64,000 nucleotides of DNA from Escherichia virus TH42. The position numbers were made by a program, and so were the translations under genes. A model generated the notes under the pieces. That model was not told the DNA's origin, made no database searches, and was given only the letters and a program-made list of their open reading frames with translations. The DNA lies in the sequence record MT446413.1; one strand, 5' to 3'. Shown in pieces: positions 9,036 to 19,041 of the stretch; position 1 is the stretch's first letter, and each line of letters begins with the position of its first letter.

Positions 9036-9321
9036 CTGTTTCCTCATTCTGGCGTTTAATTTCTTCAGTGAGTTGCTTATTGAGATCTTGAATACGCTTA
9101 ATCTCCCAACCCAAAGAAGCCAAACGATCATTACGTGCTTCAATTTGCTCCTGCATCTTAACCAATTTGGAACGAACATCAGCATTAAAGACTTCCTCTT
9201 GCTTAAGAAGGAACTCATAACGACGCTTCCAGCTTGCTGACTTATTACTTAAAGCAATAAATCCCAGAGTAGAAATCGTTACAGTGAGTACGAGAAGGAA
9301 CTTATAAACCTCTAAAGACAT
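9016..9321 (-). CDS. membrane-anchored coiled-coil protein (101 aa)
   Basis: N-terminal hydrophobic segment FLLVLTVTISTLGFIAL followed by charged helical sequence. Confidence 0.5.
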   Translation of the reverse strand: MSLEVYKFLLVLTVTISTLGFIALSNKSASWKRRYEFLLKQEEVFNADVRSKLVKMQEQIEARNDRLASLGWEIKRIQDLNKQLTEEIKRQNEETEDALKG

Positions 9322-9384
9322 ATCTTTATCCTCTTAAAGTAAGATATTATAAGAAATATTATTTAGAATTTATTATTTCTAAAC

Positions 9385-9909
9385 TTAATTTCTATCAATA
9401 ATTTTCAGAGGTCTATATACAGTCATTACCTCTGGTTCCGAATCACTACCACTTTTTGCAGAGAAAATCATAAGTAGGTGATTTATAAGGGAATTTAGTT
9501 TGTCAATCTTGGCACCTATGAACCAGTCACGGGCACTATTATTGAACACTAAATCACCACAATACATTGGATTGGTATACCACTTTGGCACCCCTTCGCT
9601 CTTACTCTGAAAGTATGTACCGCTATACAAAGGCACATAGCTTTTCTTCAGTGCACGTCTTGCAAGCTGCTCGCTCTCCCTGATTGACTTCTTTGTCAGA
9701 GGATTATCATCACGAATTAGCTTTACATAACGTTTAAAAGGCTTCTCCTTCTTTAATAAGACGGGTATCCACTCGAACTGGTTTCGTTGTTTTATAACCT
9801 GCTCGGCAGTCAGTTTTCGTTGTGACATTCTGTTTATTACGGTATCCGCTACTAATGCTTTGCAAGCGGTTGGCTGATTCCCTGCCTCATAATAAATAGT
9901 CAATGTCAA
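9385..9909 (-). CDS. cell wall hydrolase, SleB/Hydrolase_2-like
   Basis: N-terminal IYYEAGNQPTACKALVADTVINRM...QFEW resembles the SleB-family signature (..YAEAGNE....K.AVA.VI.NR....QF); recalled consensus, not searched. Confidence 0.5.
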   Translation of the reverse strand: MTLTIYYEAGNQPTACKALVADTVINRMSQRKLTAEQVIKQRNQFEWIPVLLKKEKPFKRYVKLIRDDNPLTKKSIRESEQLARRALKKSYVPLYSGTYFQSKSEGVPKWYTNPMYCGDLVFNNSARDWFIGAKIDKLNSLINHLLMIFSAKSGSDSEPEVMTVYRPLKIIDRN

Positions 9910-9961
9910 AAGTAGCTGGGCTGTCGTTATCAGAACTTACTACCCCCTTGTTTTACGGGCA

Positions 9962-9988
9962 TAAAAAAGCCCCATCCGAAGACGGGGC
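9962..9988 (-). terminator. terminator-like hairpin (1 of 3 in tandem)
   Basis: GCCCC...GGGGC stem preceded on plus strand by A6 (U-tract after hairpin in minus sense). Confidence 0.4.
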
Positions 9989-10041
9989 GACCTGAAAAGT
10001 GAACATGACCTCACTCGTTTAAGAACCCTCTCAAAGACTCT

Positions 10042-10066
10042 TAAAAAAGCGGCCTCATTAGAGGCC
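10042..10066 (-). terminator. terminator-like hairpin (2 of 3)
   Basis: GGCCTC-ATTA-GAGGCC with A6 on plus strand. Confidence 0.4.
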
Positions 10067-10146
10067 CGGTCAAATGACCATCCAATAGGGATTGAACCAT
10101 GCCAATGATTCACAAAGGGCTTTCCCTTTAGGCATCACTAGCTACG

Positions 10147-10168
10147 CAAAAAGCCGCACAAAGGCGGC
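10147..10168 (-). terminator. terminator-like hairpin (3 of 3)
   Basis: GCCGC-ACAAAG-GCGGC with A5 on plus strand. Confidence 0.35.
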
Positions 10169-10228
10169 AGGCACAAAGACGCCCTAGAAGAGCGTCATAG
10201 TAGTTGACTACAGGTGTAGAGAAGAGGC

Positions 10229-10672
10229 TTACTTTACTCTCGCTTCCTTGATAGGGTCTATGTATTTTTCGACTCCCCATTTATGCTGACTATCAGCGTA
10301 GAAAACATCCGGTGCACATTGGCTGGTAGTAGGGAAAGCTTTCGGTGGCTTAGTGCTACCTTTATTCTTCTGCTTACCCTTAGTGCGGCCGTTACAATAG
10401 ATTTCTAAACGTTTCTCTTCTTCTGTTTTCGCTGCACCGTTGGTTAACAAGGAACGTTTATGATCAGCAAGAAGAAGTGCATCAGCACGGTGAACACGAC
10501 GCCCTAACACCTTTGCTACGGTAGACGGTTTATGTTCTTGAGCGGCTTGTTTGATAGCTCTACGTTTAAGGCTACGTTTGCTAACGTGGTTAGTAGCGAC
10601 TGGCTTATCTTTTTCCAGTTCACTCATCGAGAACACACGCCCGCCTTTCATGCTGATTTTAGATTTAGCCAT
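10229..10672 (-). CDS. hypothetical basic protein (147 aa)
   Basis: Track ORF, Lys/Arg-rich. Confidence 0.5.
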   Translation of the reverse strand: MAKSKISMKGGRVFSMSELEKDKPVATNHVSKRSLKRRAIKQAAQEHKPSTVAKVLGRRVHRADALLLADHKRSLLTNGAAKTEEEKRLEIYCNGRTKGKQKNKGSTKPPKAFPTTSQCAPDVFYADSQHKWGVEKYIDPIKEARVK

Positions 10673-10742
10673 TGCTTTATTCCTTTCGCTGATAAATTAT
10701 ATCGTGCAAGCCTTACCACATAGCAAGGCTTAACCAAATAAC

Positions 10743-10952
10743 TTAATCAATCAAACTAAACGACTTCCAGCTACGCGTAATTGCTACCCGTTCGCCATCA
10801 AAGAGAACACTTACAGAGATTAGCTTACCGCGACAACTGGATACCGTGGTAATACGTCCGGTTAGTGCCTTACCTTTATTCAGATAGTGATAGCGGACAC
10901 GACGCCCTAGTAGTCGAGTAGCTTTCTTCTCTAATGTGCTTAAGCTGGTCAT
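10743..10952 (-). CDS. hypothetical protein (69 aa)
   Basis: Track ORF on block strand. Confidence 0.45.
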   Translation of the reverse strand: MTSLSTLEKKATRLLGRRVRYHYLNKGKALTGRITTVSSCRGKLISVSVLFDGERVAITRSWKSFSLID

Positions 10953-11173
10953 TAAACAACCTCTTTATATTGGAGTGATCTTACACGACGATACATTACA
11001 GAAGATGCATTAATCGCCGCTTGTTTTCTTTCGTGCTCATGCTGGTTTTTGTGTATCTTATCCATCTCGGCATCATTACGACGACGCTGTAAGATTCTGC
11101 TACACTTGCGATGGTTATTGTTAGCACGTGCTTTCTTACAGATAGGGCACAAGTGAGATTGAGTTAAGATCAT
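10952..11173 (-). CDS. small zinc-finger-like protein (73 aa)
   Basis: CPIC...H..C pattern near N-terminus; basic. Confidence 0.45.
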   Translation of the reverse strand: MILTQSHLCPICKKARANNNHRKCSRILQRRRNDAEMDKIHKNQHEHERKQAAINASSVMYRRVRSLQYKEVV

Positions 11174-11394
11174 TTTCGCAGTCCTAACTTACGAAGGAAT
11201 CGGCCTAGCTTAGTTTCCTGCGTGATAGTGTAAGTAACAGAGTTTTCAATTAATGCTTGTTCTTGAATCGGTGACGGATACCATTCACCGGTAAGGATGC
11301 ATTTACACTCGATTCCATACTTATCGGTTTTACGATAGGTCATGTTGTTTAAGATATTACGATACATCTTAACTTCTGTTTTCAATTTTGGCAT
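11170..11394 (-). CDS. hypothetical protein (74 aa)
   Basis: Track ORF; 4-nt overlap with downstream gene. Confidence 0.45.
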   Translation of the reverse strand: MPKLKTEVKMYRNILNNMTYRKTDKYGIECKCILTGEWYPSPIQEQALIENSVTYTITQETKLGRFLRKLGLRK

Positions 11395-11449
11395 GGTGTT
11401 TATCTCTTTTTAGTTTCTTTGATTAGTACACTGAATCAATGCACTAGTA

Positions 11450-11482
11450 AAAGAAAAGGCGCTACCCTTTCGAATAGCGCCT
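11450..11482 (-). terminator. rho-independent terminator
   Basis: Perfect 8-bp stem AGGCGCTA/TAGCGCCT with A-tract on plus strand; directly downstream of gene 11503..12405. Confidence 0.6.
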
Positions 11483-11502
11483 TATATGTTCTTTATTGTA
11501 GG

Positions 11503-12405
11503 TTATGCAGCTTGTTGGCGTGCTGCCATGATCTCGGCAGCTTTACGCAATACTTCTTCCTCGTCTGCCGCCGCTTTCTCGTTCGCTTTGACAGTAGAAG
11601 CTGTAGAGATACGACCGCGAAGGTTAGACAATTTTTCAGTCATTTCGTTGATCGCTTTTTCCATTTCATCAGCGTATGAGTCCAGCGATTCAAGCTCTTT
11701 AACTGAGGCATTGATCAGATAGTCATCGCTGATAGATACAGTTGATGCGGTTACTTTCTTAAGGAGTGAATCAAAAGTTTTCTTAACTTTGCCTACTTCT
11801 TCACTCAATGCGATAGTGTTATCAGAAGATGCACCGTTGCGCTCGTCTGCCAACAAGGCCGCTTCAATACGGATGGCAGCTAAACGATCAGTTAGAGCGT
11901 AAATATCCTGATTAAAGTTTTCGTTAACCTTCTGGTTAATCTGATTTGCTACCGGAACGTTGTCGTTGCAGCCTTTATAGAAAGCTGGATTATCGACCTG
12001 TACATCTTCACCTTTAGCAAAGCGTTCGAAGGAGTTAGACCAGCGGGCACGGTTTTGCTCCATTTTGGTTTTAACCTGTTCCGGTTTAGCATCTTCTTTC
12101 GCTTTCGCTTCACCTTCCAGATTAATCCATTTCTTTTTACCGTTCGCCCCGTCGCTGTTGTACTTGATAGGAGTGAGGAAAGAGATTGCAACCGCAATCA
12201 CATCTAAATCACGGTAACGCTCAGTCAGTAAGAAATCTACCGCCCCCTGCAATACATCCAGCTTCTTACCGTTAGCACGGAAGTGCTGCAAATGACCTAA
12301 CAGGAAGTTAGAAACATCTTGCTTAATCGCTGCGTTGTTGCTACGGATATTGTTAGCCAGTGCGTTAAAGCCAGATTCGTTAACCAGATTGAAAGATTTA
12401 GCCAT
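11503..12405 (-). CDS. hypothetical protein (300 aa)
   Basis: Long track ORF with own terminator; first gene downstream of the ORF-poor region. Confidence 0.6.
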   Translation of the reverse strand: MAKSFNLVNESGFNALANNIRSNNAAIKQDVSNFLLGHLQHFRANGKKLDVLQGAVDFLLTERYRDLDVIAVAISFLTPIKYNSDGANGKKKWINLEGEAKAKEDAKPEQVKTKMEQNRARWSNSFERFAKGEDVQVDNPAFYKGCNDNVPVANQINQKVNENFNQDIYALTDRLAAIRIEAALLADERNGASSDNTIALSEEVGKVKKTFDSLLKKVTASTVSISDDYLINASVKELESLDSYADEMEKAINEMTEKLSNLRGRISTASTVKANEKAAADEEEVLRKAAEIMAARQQAA

Positions 12406-13224
12406 GATAATTTACCTTTTAATTAAAACGCTCTATGCGCCGCTCTCTATGAGCTATTCAAGTCACAATGACTTAACACTAATCACTAACTATTAGTAAC
12501 CAGTGGTAAATCAGGCGGACTTATCAGGAGTTAACCTTGCCGCCTAACTTTCCATGATGTTTCATCCGGTGGATTCTATTAATCGCTATAAACGAAGCCG
12601 ATTTGCCAGCGATGATTAATCATCATAATAAGGCAGTGTGCCCATCTCTAATTAGCTAACGTTCTAGCCGATGGTAATGCTGTTTACTTTACGTTCGCTC
12701 CGCGATACCCTTTTATATTAACTCTCTAAGCCGACTTATCACCTACTACGGGAAAGTATATGGCAAAGAGTCACTAACCGCCTGATAGATTGGCGTTTGA
12801 TTATCTCTCTCGCGATTTACTACAGTGCATTGTTATGTACTCACATCTTATTGACGTGTTTCAAACAACTTGCTTAGTAAACACTCACACTTAAACCTTA
12901 TTATTAAATAGCAATTTGCTACTCTTTAACCTTCACACCGTCGCTCGCTATTGAGCGTTAATTCGTCGGGATTGACTACCCTGATTAACGTCTATTACCG
13001 TAGCACTTTACTAGCACCGCCGCCGCTACCCTTTAACCGTAGGTGATTAGCTTAAGCCTTGCATGTACTCGATAACTTCGTTTATCAGTGGCATCGTTTC
13101 CAGTAAGGGAATGTAAAGCGGTTTTCTCTGATATTTTAGAGCGCCTTACATCGTTTTATCTGGCATAACTTGCAATGGTTATTATTGCTCGTTATGTTCA
13201 ACCGATATAGGAAGAAGTTTAAAT

Positions 13225-14393
13225 TGTTAAAGAGCGGTAAATCTATCGAAGTGCTTTCTCACTTCCCGCCACCGTTCGCCGTGGTTTCGCGTTTCACTAG
13301 TTGCCTAGTGAGTGCTCATTATGAATCATCCCGTTTAGCGTGTCAACCACTTTTTTTAAATCTTTTTCTCGTCTATTCTTTCGAATGACCAGTTAATCAC
13401 ACATTGGATTAACAAGATTGTAAGCGGTTGCGCTTAACTTTCTGATTCATATTTTTAAAGAGCGGTGCGGTTTTCATGACTCCGCAAACATTTTCATTTT
13501 GAAGTCTACTTATGCACTAACGGGGCGACTACACCCGACCTACACGCTGCACTATGTGCCACCTTTCCCGCGCTACGTCACTTAGGGGAACTGTTTAGCA
13601 AGTTGCCTTGCTTAGTGAACATTCTAACAGAGTGTTTCACCTTGTCAACTCTTTTTATCATCTTCTTTTATTCTATTCCCTTATCTCGCGTGAATCTTTG
13701 CGAAAGGGCAAGATGATAATTTGTTAAAGAGCGTTAAATCTGTCGCCGTCTTCCTCGGCTTCGTGCCTTGAGTGTTCCCACTCCTTCCAGTTTAAGCCTT
13801 TTTACATGATGCTAATCATCTATCTGGAAGTGTTCTGTACTGCTGAGATCACATCTTATCATAGTGATTCGACGTGTCAACAACTATTTTTCGATTAATG
13901 CATCTTGATAAACTAGCGACCATTGAGGCCGCTAACCTACCTTAGTTCATACGTTTAAAGGTTAAATCTTTATCCGTACTTACCAGCGATAACACCGCGA
14001 TAGATTTGCCATTGTCGGCATCAGCTATCATTTCTTTCGCTTGCTGTAACGTGCTACCGACTATTCTCATAATCATGTTAGTAACGTTAATGCTAGTGCA
14101 AGTGATTTGCGTGTCTTTGCTTGAGAAGGTGTAAATGTTCATGGATAAATCCTCATTATGGCATGGTTGGGAGTTTATCAAGATACACTAATCGAATTTT
14201 TAAAGAGCTAGTAAACAAAGTTTGCCTTGAGAGAATCTAGTACACTGTTAAACGCTGATTTCTTTGAAGTATCGACCTTATAGGCCGCCAAATCCACGCA
14301 TGAAAGAGGAATCGACTAGGATAATCAACTAAGTGCCTTATAGTAATGACGCTTGTTAGCACCACTCCTAAGCAAACCTTGTTTTTAAAGAGC
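13225..14393 (+). repeat. array of six same-orientation TTTAAAGAGC-type motifs in an ORF-poor region
   Basis: Copies at 13225-13248, 13454-13465, 13721-13745, 13954-13976, 14197-14208, 14384-14393; two are near-identical 24-25-mers (TTGTTAAAGAGCGGTAAATCTATCG vs TTGTTAAAGAGCGTTAAATCTGTCG). Confidence 0.6.
13942..14181 (-). CDS. hypothetical protein (79 aa), uncertain
   Basis: Only minus-strand track ORF inside the ORF-poor region. Confidence 0.3.
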   Translation of the reverse strand: MINSQPCHNEDLSMNIYTFSSKDTQITCTSINVTNMIMRIVGSTLQQAKEMIADADNGKSIAVLSLVSTDKDLTFKRMN

Positions 14394-14642
14394 AAGGCTA
14401 AAAGTCTAGCCTATCAGGCTTGTTACCGACTGCATAACTAAACCTGAGATTCAAATATAAATCTATCAAGCAAAGAAAGCAATACCTTTTTCTAAAATAA
14501 TTTCACTTTCTTTTAGGTATAGATGAGCACGCGCACGAATAACATCAGGGGAGGAAGAAAACAAGCCTTATAATCGAAAATAAGGCATACAGGAGGCGTT
14601 CTAACGAGCTAAACAGGGGCAAGATGTGCAATCACCTTAGAA

Positions 14643-14670
14643 ATGAAAAAAGCGCCTCAAAAGGGCGCTT
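14643..14670 (-). terminator. rho-independent terminator
   Basis: AGCGCC-loop-GGCGCT with A-tract on plus strand, just downstream of gene 14690..15031. Confidence 0.55.
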
Positions 14671-14689
14671 AGGAAGTCTTACGGGTTGG

Positions 14690-15031
14690 TTACGGATTGG
14701 TGCAAGTGCCGTTACCGGATGATATTTCGTTCATCGACTCATCGAACAACGTCATACTAGACCGCATCATGTGATCAATAGTAATTTGTTTGCCTGTAGC
14801 TTCGTTAACAAGCATCGCATATTTGCTATCAACAACCTTGTTGTCGTAGTCATTCAGGTCAATCAATACTACCTTGCTGGACTTCTTGCCAGTGTCGTAA
14901 TTTTCCATAAGGTAGGTACATTGCAGGCCATCGAGATTAGCCTCATTGAATACGGCAGCATAAGACACGGAAGAAACAGCGAACAAGGCAGCACATACAG
15001 CTAATTTAATTTTCATAATCCAATCCTCCAA
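14690..15031 (-). CDS. putative secreted protein (113 aa)
   Basis: N-terminal signal-peptide-like MKIKLAVCAALFAVSSVSYAA. Confidence 0.5.
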   Translation of the reverse strand: MEDWIMKIKLAVCAALFAVSSVSYAAVFNEANLDGLQCTYLMENYDTGKKSSKVVLIDLNDYDNKVVDSKYAMLVNEATGKQITIDHMMRSSMTLFDESMNEISSGNGTCTNP

Positions 15032-15143
15032 TACGATTGGGGCAATCCTTAAAAAGAACGTGCAACATAAGAAATCATGTCATAGGTAAATAACATGATA
15101 CAGAAAGCAATCAGGCAATGCAAAAAGTATTTATGAATCACCA

Positions 15144-15392
15144 TTAACGATCCTCGACGGTTAACAGTTCTTCCAGTGATAGACCGGATTTAACCAGCAA
15201 ATCACGATATTCGTTAGCATCCATCGGATCAAGGCCGGACAACCGGGCAATAGTCATGCGTGCATGTGCTGAAGACAAGGAAGCCAAAGCACGGATAGGA
15301 ATCAGTACAAGCCCATATTTACCGCTGATAACCAAATCACCATGCTGGATGCACATATGGGAGTTTATTACGGTTGCAAATGATTCGTTCAC
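15144..15392 (-). CDS. hypothetical protein (82 aa)
   Basis: Track ORF on block strand. Confidence 0.45.
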   Translation of the reverse strand: MNESFATVINSHMCIQHGDLVISGKYGLVLIPIRALASLSSAHARMTIARLSGLDPMDANEYRDLLVKSGLSLEELLTVEDR

Positions 15393-16285
15393 TGGATAGC
15401 CTCACAATTAGCAAAGTTAATAAAGGTTGTATAAACTGCTACACCGTCATTGTAAGCAGTGGTAGCGAGTACAGTTTCACTAACATCACCATAGCTAACG
15501 AGATTAGTCACGAACTGTAATTTCTCTTTCTCAACCTTCTGATATAGAGAGTATGTAACCATGTCATGATCACTATCAGCACGCTTTAAATTAATAACCG
15601 ACTGAATGCCTGATTTCTCACTTAACGGGGTAAGAGTGACACGCACATCTTTTACGGTTACAGAGTTAAAATGCACCTTCCAGAATGAATCATTACCATC
15701 ACTGCCAACGTCACGGCAAGCCATATCAGGAGCATTCTTAAACGTGCTAACAAAGGATTGAAGACCTGTAGAAAGAGAGTCTTTTGCCTGCACATTGGTA
15801 GCGATAGCACTAACACTGATAGCTGCAACCAGCGCATAACTTGCAAGGTTGACAGACTTCATAATCTTACTTGCAATAGAAGGCTTACTATCTTTCTTCT
15901 TCTTGTTCTGAACAGCTTCAACCATAGCAGACAAGCGGGATAATACTGCGTTAACATCGCGGCAAGATTCAGGCCAATCATTCTGAGTCCAACTATCTAA
16001 ATTAGCCTGAATGTAACAGTTGATAGCATCTTGCATATCTGTAAAACCATTCTCTTTCATTGACTGCTCATCTTCACACTGTAAGGCGTTCGCAGCGGAA
16101 TCTATGATAAGACAAGCCAGAATGACAGAGTTTTTAAAGCTGGTGCGAGCTTGCTGGTTATCCATCCATTGAGAAGGCACACCAACGGAAAGACCTAACA
16201 GAGAAAGTACATCATTTGCCTGATTCAAGTATTTAATTGCTAACTTTGACATTTCATTAATCCTTTCGGTTGATGTGAACTGCAA
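15389..16285 (-). CDS. hypothetical protein (298 aa)
   Basis: Track ORF; first gene of the minus block next to the divergent region. Confidence 0.55.
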   Translation of the reverse strand: MQFTSTERINEMSKLAIKYLNQANDVLSLLGLSVGVPSQWMDNQQARTSFKNSVILACLIIDSAANALQCEDEQSMKENGFTDMQDAINCYIQANLDSWTQNDWPESCRDVNAVLSRLSAMVEAVQNKKKKDSKPSIASKIMKSVNLASYALVAAISVSAIATNVQAKDSLSTGLQSFVSTFKNAPDMACRDVGSDGNDSFWKVHFNSVTVKDVRVTLTPLSEKSGIQSVINLKRADSDHDMVTYSLYQKVEKEKLQFVTNLVSYGDVSETVLATTAYNDGVAVYTTFINFANCEAIQ

Positions 16286-16443
16286 ACTACAGTCGCAACT
16301 ATATATTAAAGGAAAAACATGTCAACCACTTATTTTCAAACTATTTCATAACTCATTGAATCTAAAAGGAATTTAATTTACTAAACTTTCTTACTCAGAG
16401 GTACAGCTTACTAACAGAATGTTACTTTATAACGCTTATAGAA

Positions 16444-17038
16444 CGGGTAGCAGATCAACGGTAACGACAGATGGGTAGAACGTGCCGCATAGGTTAGCCA
16501 ATGGGTAAGAAGCCTAACGAGGAAGGGGAAACGGGTAGGATATAATGTAAGTTAGTTACAGGTAACAGGTCAGACCATGCGGGAGTTAATTACCAGTCAA
16601 ATAATTTACTCAAACAACAAAAGAAAAAGACCAACAGCACGCTGAAAAAGAAAAAGATTAAAAGAAAGGATTAACATAATCACTTAAGTAAACAATAACC
16701 AGTCTAAACATACATACATCAATAATCCACTCATAAATAATCACATAAGTTATTACATTCAAACTATGGGGAGTGTGTGGGTTGATATAATTGCATGGTG
16801 TTACCATGTGGGTATCATTAATGTTCTTACTATTAATACCGGTTAGTTATAGTCTTCTATTAGTATGCCTGTACAGTACATCAGAGTCTAGCCTTTCATC
16901 CCTTCTCAACATGAGTAAGAGAAATACGGGTAGGAAATCACTGGTTAGATATACATGGGTAGATTCGCATTACTAGATAATGCTCATGGGTAAATAATGC
17001 ATGTCTAATATCAATGGGTAGGGTATTTATGGGTAGGT
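16444..17038 (+). repeat. iteron-like array of (A/C)(T/C)GGGTA(G/A) motifs in the divergent intergenic region
   Basis: Copies at about 16444, 16471, 16501, 16531, 16926, 16956, 16985, 17013, 17029; more ATGGGT(G/T) copies at 17408-17520; no ORF of 60 aa or more across 16290-17230 on the block strands. Confidence 0.55.
16542..16549 (+). promoter_or_regulatory. ATAATGTA motif (candidate phage promoter element)
   Basis: One of seven (T/A)(G/A)TAATGTA occurrences lying in intergenic or gene-end DNA and oriented with downstream genes. Confidence 0.2.
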
Positions 17039-17233
17039 GTGCCACTGAACGCAGATAGGGCAAGGCTTAGAGCTTAAAGGCTGATTGATTTCCTAAAGGC
17101 GATTGCATTCCCTATAACCCTTTTTTAAATGAGGACTCCCCCTTTTACCAAAACACGCTCGGAGGGGCTAGGTCCACTCGGTCAAATCAGAATTTTAAAC
17201 CCTTATATATAACTATATGCCCCAACGTTAGTT

Positions 17234-17425
17234 GTGGATTTAAGAGTGAGGAACAACTTTATGTGGAAATTGAAGATGATTATCAGGCAGATTAAATGTA
17301 ATCACGAGTACTACCCAATCCGGATATCGAGAGGTGATGAACGGTTACATGCTTATTACAAGAGTACATGGAGGTGTGCAGATTGTGGTAAGGTTAAGAA
17401 TAGTAAATGGGTGGATAGGCCTTAA
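17234..17425 (+). CDS. small zinc-ribbon-like protein (63 aa)
   Basis: C..H....C..C pattern; first plus-strand ORF after the divergent region. Confidence 0.4.
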   Translation: MDLRVRNNFMWKLKMIIRQIKCNHEYYPIRISRGDERLHAYYKSTWRCADCGKVKNSKWVDRP

Positions 17426-17547
17426 CATGACATGGCCTTTATGAAGTCCCCTTTACATCAGCGTACATGGGTTCATACATGGGTGGGCCTTTAGATGAGT
17501 AAGCCTTTATGGGTTGATCACTCTCGTTTATCAGAGGAGATATAAAA

Positions 17548-17796
17548 ATGATTCTAGACTTTTTATCAGAGCTGCTTCCTTACTTCCGCACTGAAAGATG
17601 TGCATTTGTATTTGATGAAGGGGAGGAGGTATTGAGTTGTTTGGGTAGATTAGTAGACCTAGATGACGATGAAGATTTTGATGCTACGATGGATATTAGT
17701 TCATTGGGCTGGTTGTACATGAGATGCTTTGTAACCTACAAGGCTGAGACGTTTAAAGACTATCGTTATAACACGGAAGGAGAGAATGATGAATAA
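17548..17796 (+). CDS. hypothetical acidic protein (82 aa)
   Basis: Track ORF with GGAG-type RBS upstream. Confidence 0.45.
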   Translation: MILDFLSELLPYFRTERCAFVFDEGEEVLSCLGRLVDLDDDEDFDATMDISSLGWLYMRCFVTYKAETFKDYRYNTEGENDE

Positions 17797-18442
17797 TATG
17801 ACAGGAACTAATACACTGAATGCAATCTACGAGAACATGGGATGTAAAGGCGAGGTTGTTTACAATGGTAATCTCCGTCCCTTATCAGAGGACACTCTCT
17901 ATCTGAATCGTGTTCATGAAACCACTGGAGGTAAATCCCGAGTTGAGATGGTAAAACAATTGGCTCATGGTTCTGTGTATGGTCATGCTCCTTCAACCCG
18001 TGAACTATGGGAAAGTTTGATTCCTCGTACAGAAGCTAAAGATGTGAAAGATTATTTTACTGTAGCAAAAGAAGTTAAACGCAAGTGTCCATCCAATTTA
18101 GAAGTTGTTCCGTATGTATCTGACAAACATGCACACCTACCGGATTATGCCCGTGAGATGATTGAGATGATAGAAGAAGCTGAGTATGAAGCTCTGAATA
18201 ATTATTTAAATTCGAAAGATCAGTGGTCACGTAATGTAGTAATTGATGAAGAAGGTAATGAAGTAGTTACGTGGGTACATGCTAGTGAACAAGCTCTGGA
18301 CCCCGAGCTTGAAGAATACAAAAAATTTTTGGCGTCCTCTTCTTTTGATGTAGAGAATGACAAATCTGTTCCAGTGACTTGGGAAGGTGAAACTGTAGCT
18401 CTCCAGACTTTGTTCAACCTACACGTAGGTAATGTAGATTAA
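17786..18442 (+). CDS. hypothetical protein (218 aa)
   Basis: Track ORF on block strand. Confidence 0.55.
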   Translation: MMNNMTGTNTLNAIYENMGCKGEVVYNGNLRPLSEDTLYLNRVHETTGGKSRVEMVKQLAHGSVYGHAPSTRELWESLIPRTEAKDVKDYFTVAKEVKRKCPSNLEVVPYVSDKHAHLPDYAREMIEMIEEAEYEALNNYLNSKDQWSRNVVIDEEGNEVVTWVHASEQALDPELEEYKKFLASSSFDVENDKSVPVTWEGETVALQTLFNLHVGNVD

Positions 18443-18507
18443 TAAAAGGTGTTGCCTCCTCTAGTGGGAGGCTTTTTGTTATAACGATAATGTAGAAGGA
18501 GTATAAG

Positions 18508-18975
18508 ATGTTTGGAGAAAAAGGAGAACTCACGCCTGCACAGGTAGCTGAGGTTACAGGAAGATTACCCGGTGTAACTGATGAATTGGAAAACCGTGGT
18601 ATGGAGCCAAGCACAGGGAAGTTCCAAAAGGGAAATAAGTTCGGACGACCCAAAGGTAGTAGAGGTAAGTTGACACAGCTCATGTTGGACCGAGTTGCTT
18701 CAAGTCATCTGTCCCCTGATGAAGTGTTGATTCAAATTTATGAAGATCCAAATATTCCACCTGATCTTAGATTCAAGGCTGCAAGTAAAGTTGCAGATCT
18801 GGTATATCCGAAGGCAGCTTCTGTTGAGATTAAGATTGAGGAAGAGAATGTAATTAATGAAGATTCATTGAACGCACAAATCAAGGACTTCTTGGCTGGA
18901 GCATTAGGTGCAGATGTGCTACCTCCAGAGGACTCTGAGGACGCTGAAAAGGAGGAGGAAGCGGACGAGAGTTAA
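18508..18975 (+). CDS. putative terminase small subunit (155 aa)
   Basis: Position directly upstream of large terminase, size, acidic C-terminus; call rests on synteny only. Confidence 0.4.
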   Translation: MFGEKGELTPAQVAEVTGRLPGVTDELENRGMEPSTGKFQKGNKFGRPKGSRGKLTQLMLDRVASSHLSPDEVLIQIYEDPNIPPDLRFKAASKVADLVYPKAASVEIKIEEENVINEDSLNAQIKDFLAGALGADVLPPEDSEDAEKEEEADES

Positions 18976-19041
18976 TAGGAATAAAGGGGAGGGTTCTTTT
19001 CGCGAGGGATCTCTCCCTTTTCTATTTTAATTGGAGGAAAC

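Noticed and set aside
13225-14393. Possible CRISPR array suggested by the repeated TTTAAAGAGC motif
   Set aside because: Repeat copies are 180-480 bp apart with irregular spacing, the conserved core is only 10-25 nt, and there is no regular repeat-spacer periodicity.
18986-19030. Terminator hairpin between the putative small terminase and large terminase genes
   Set aside because: Arms GGGGAGGG and CTCTCCC do not pair cleanly; too uncertain to annotate.
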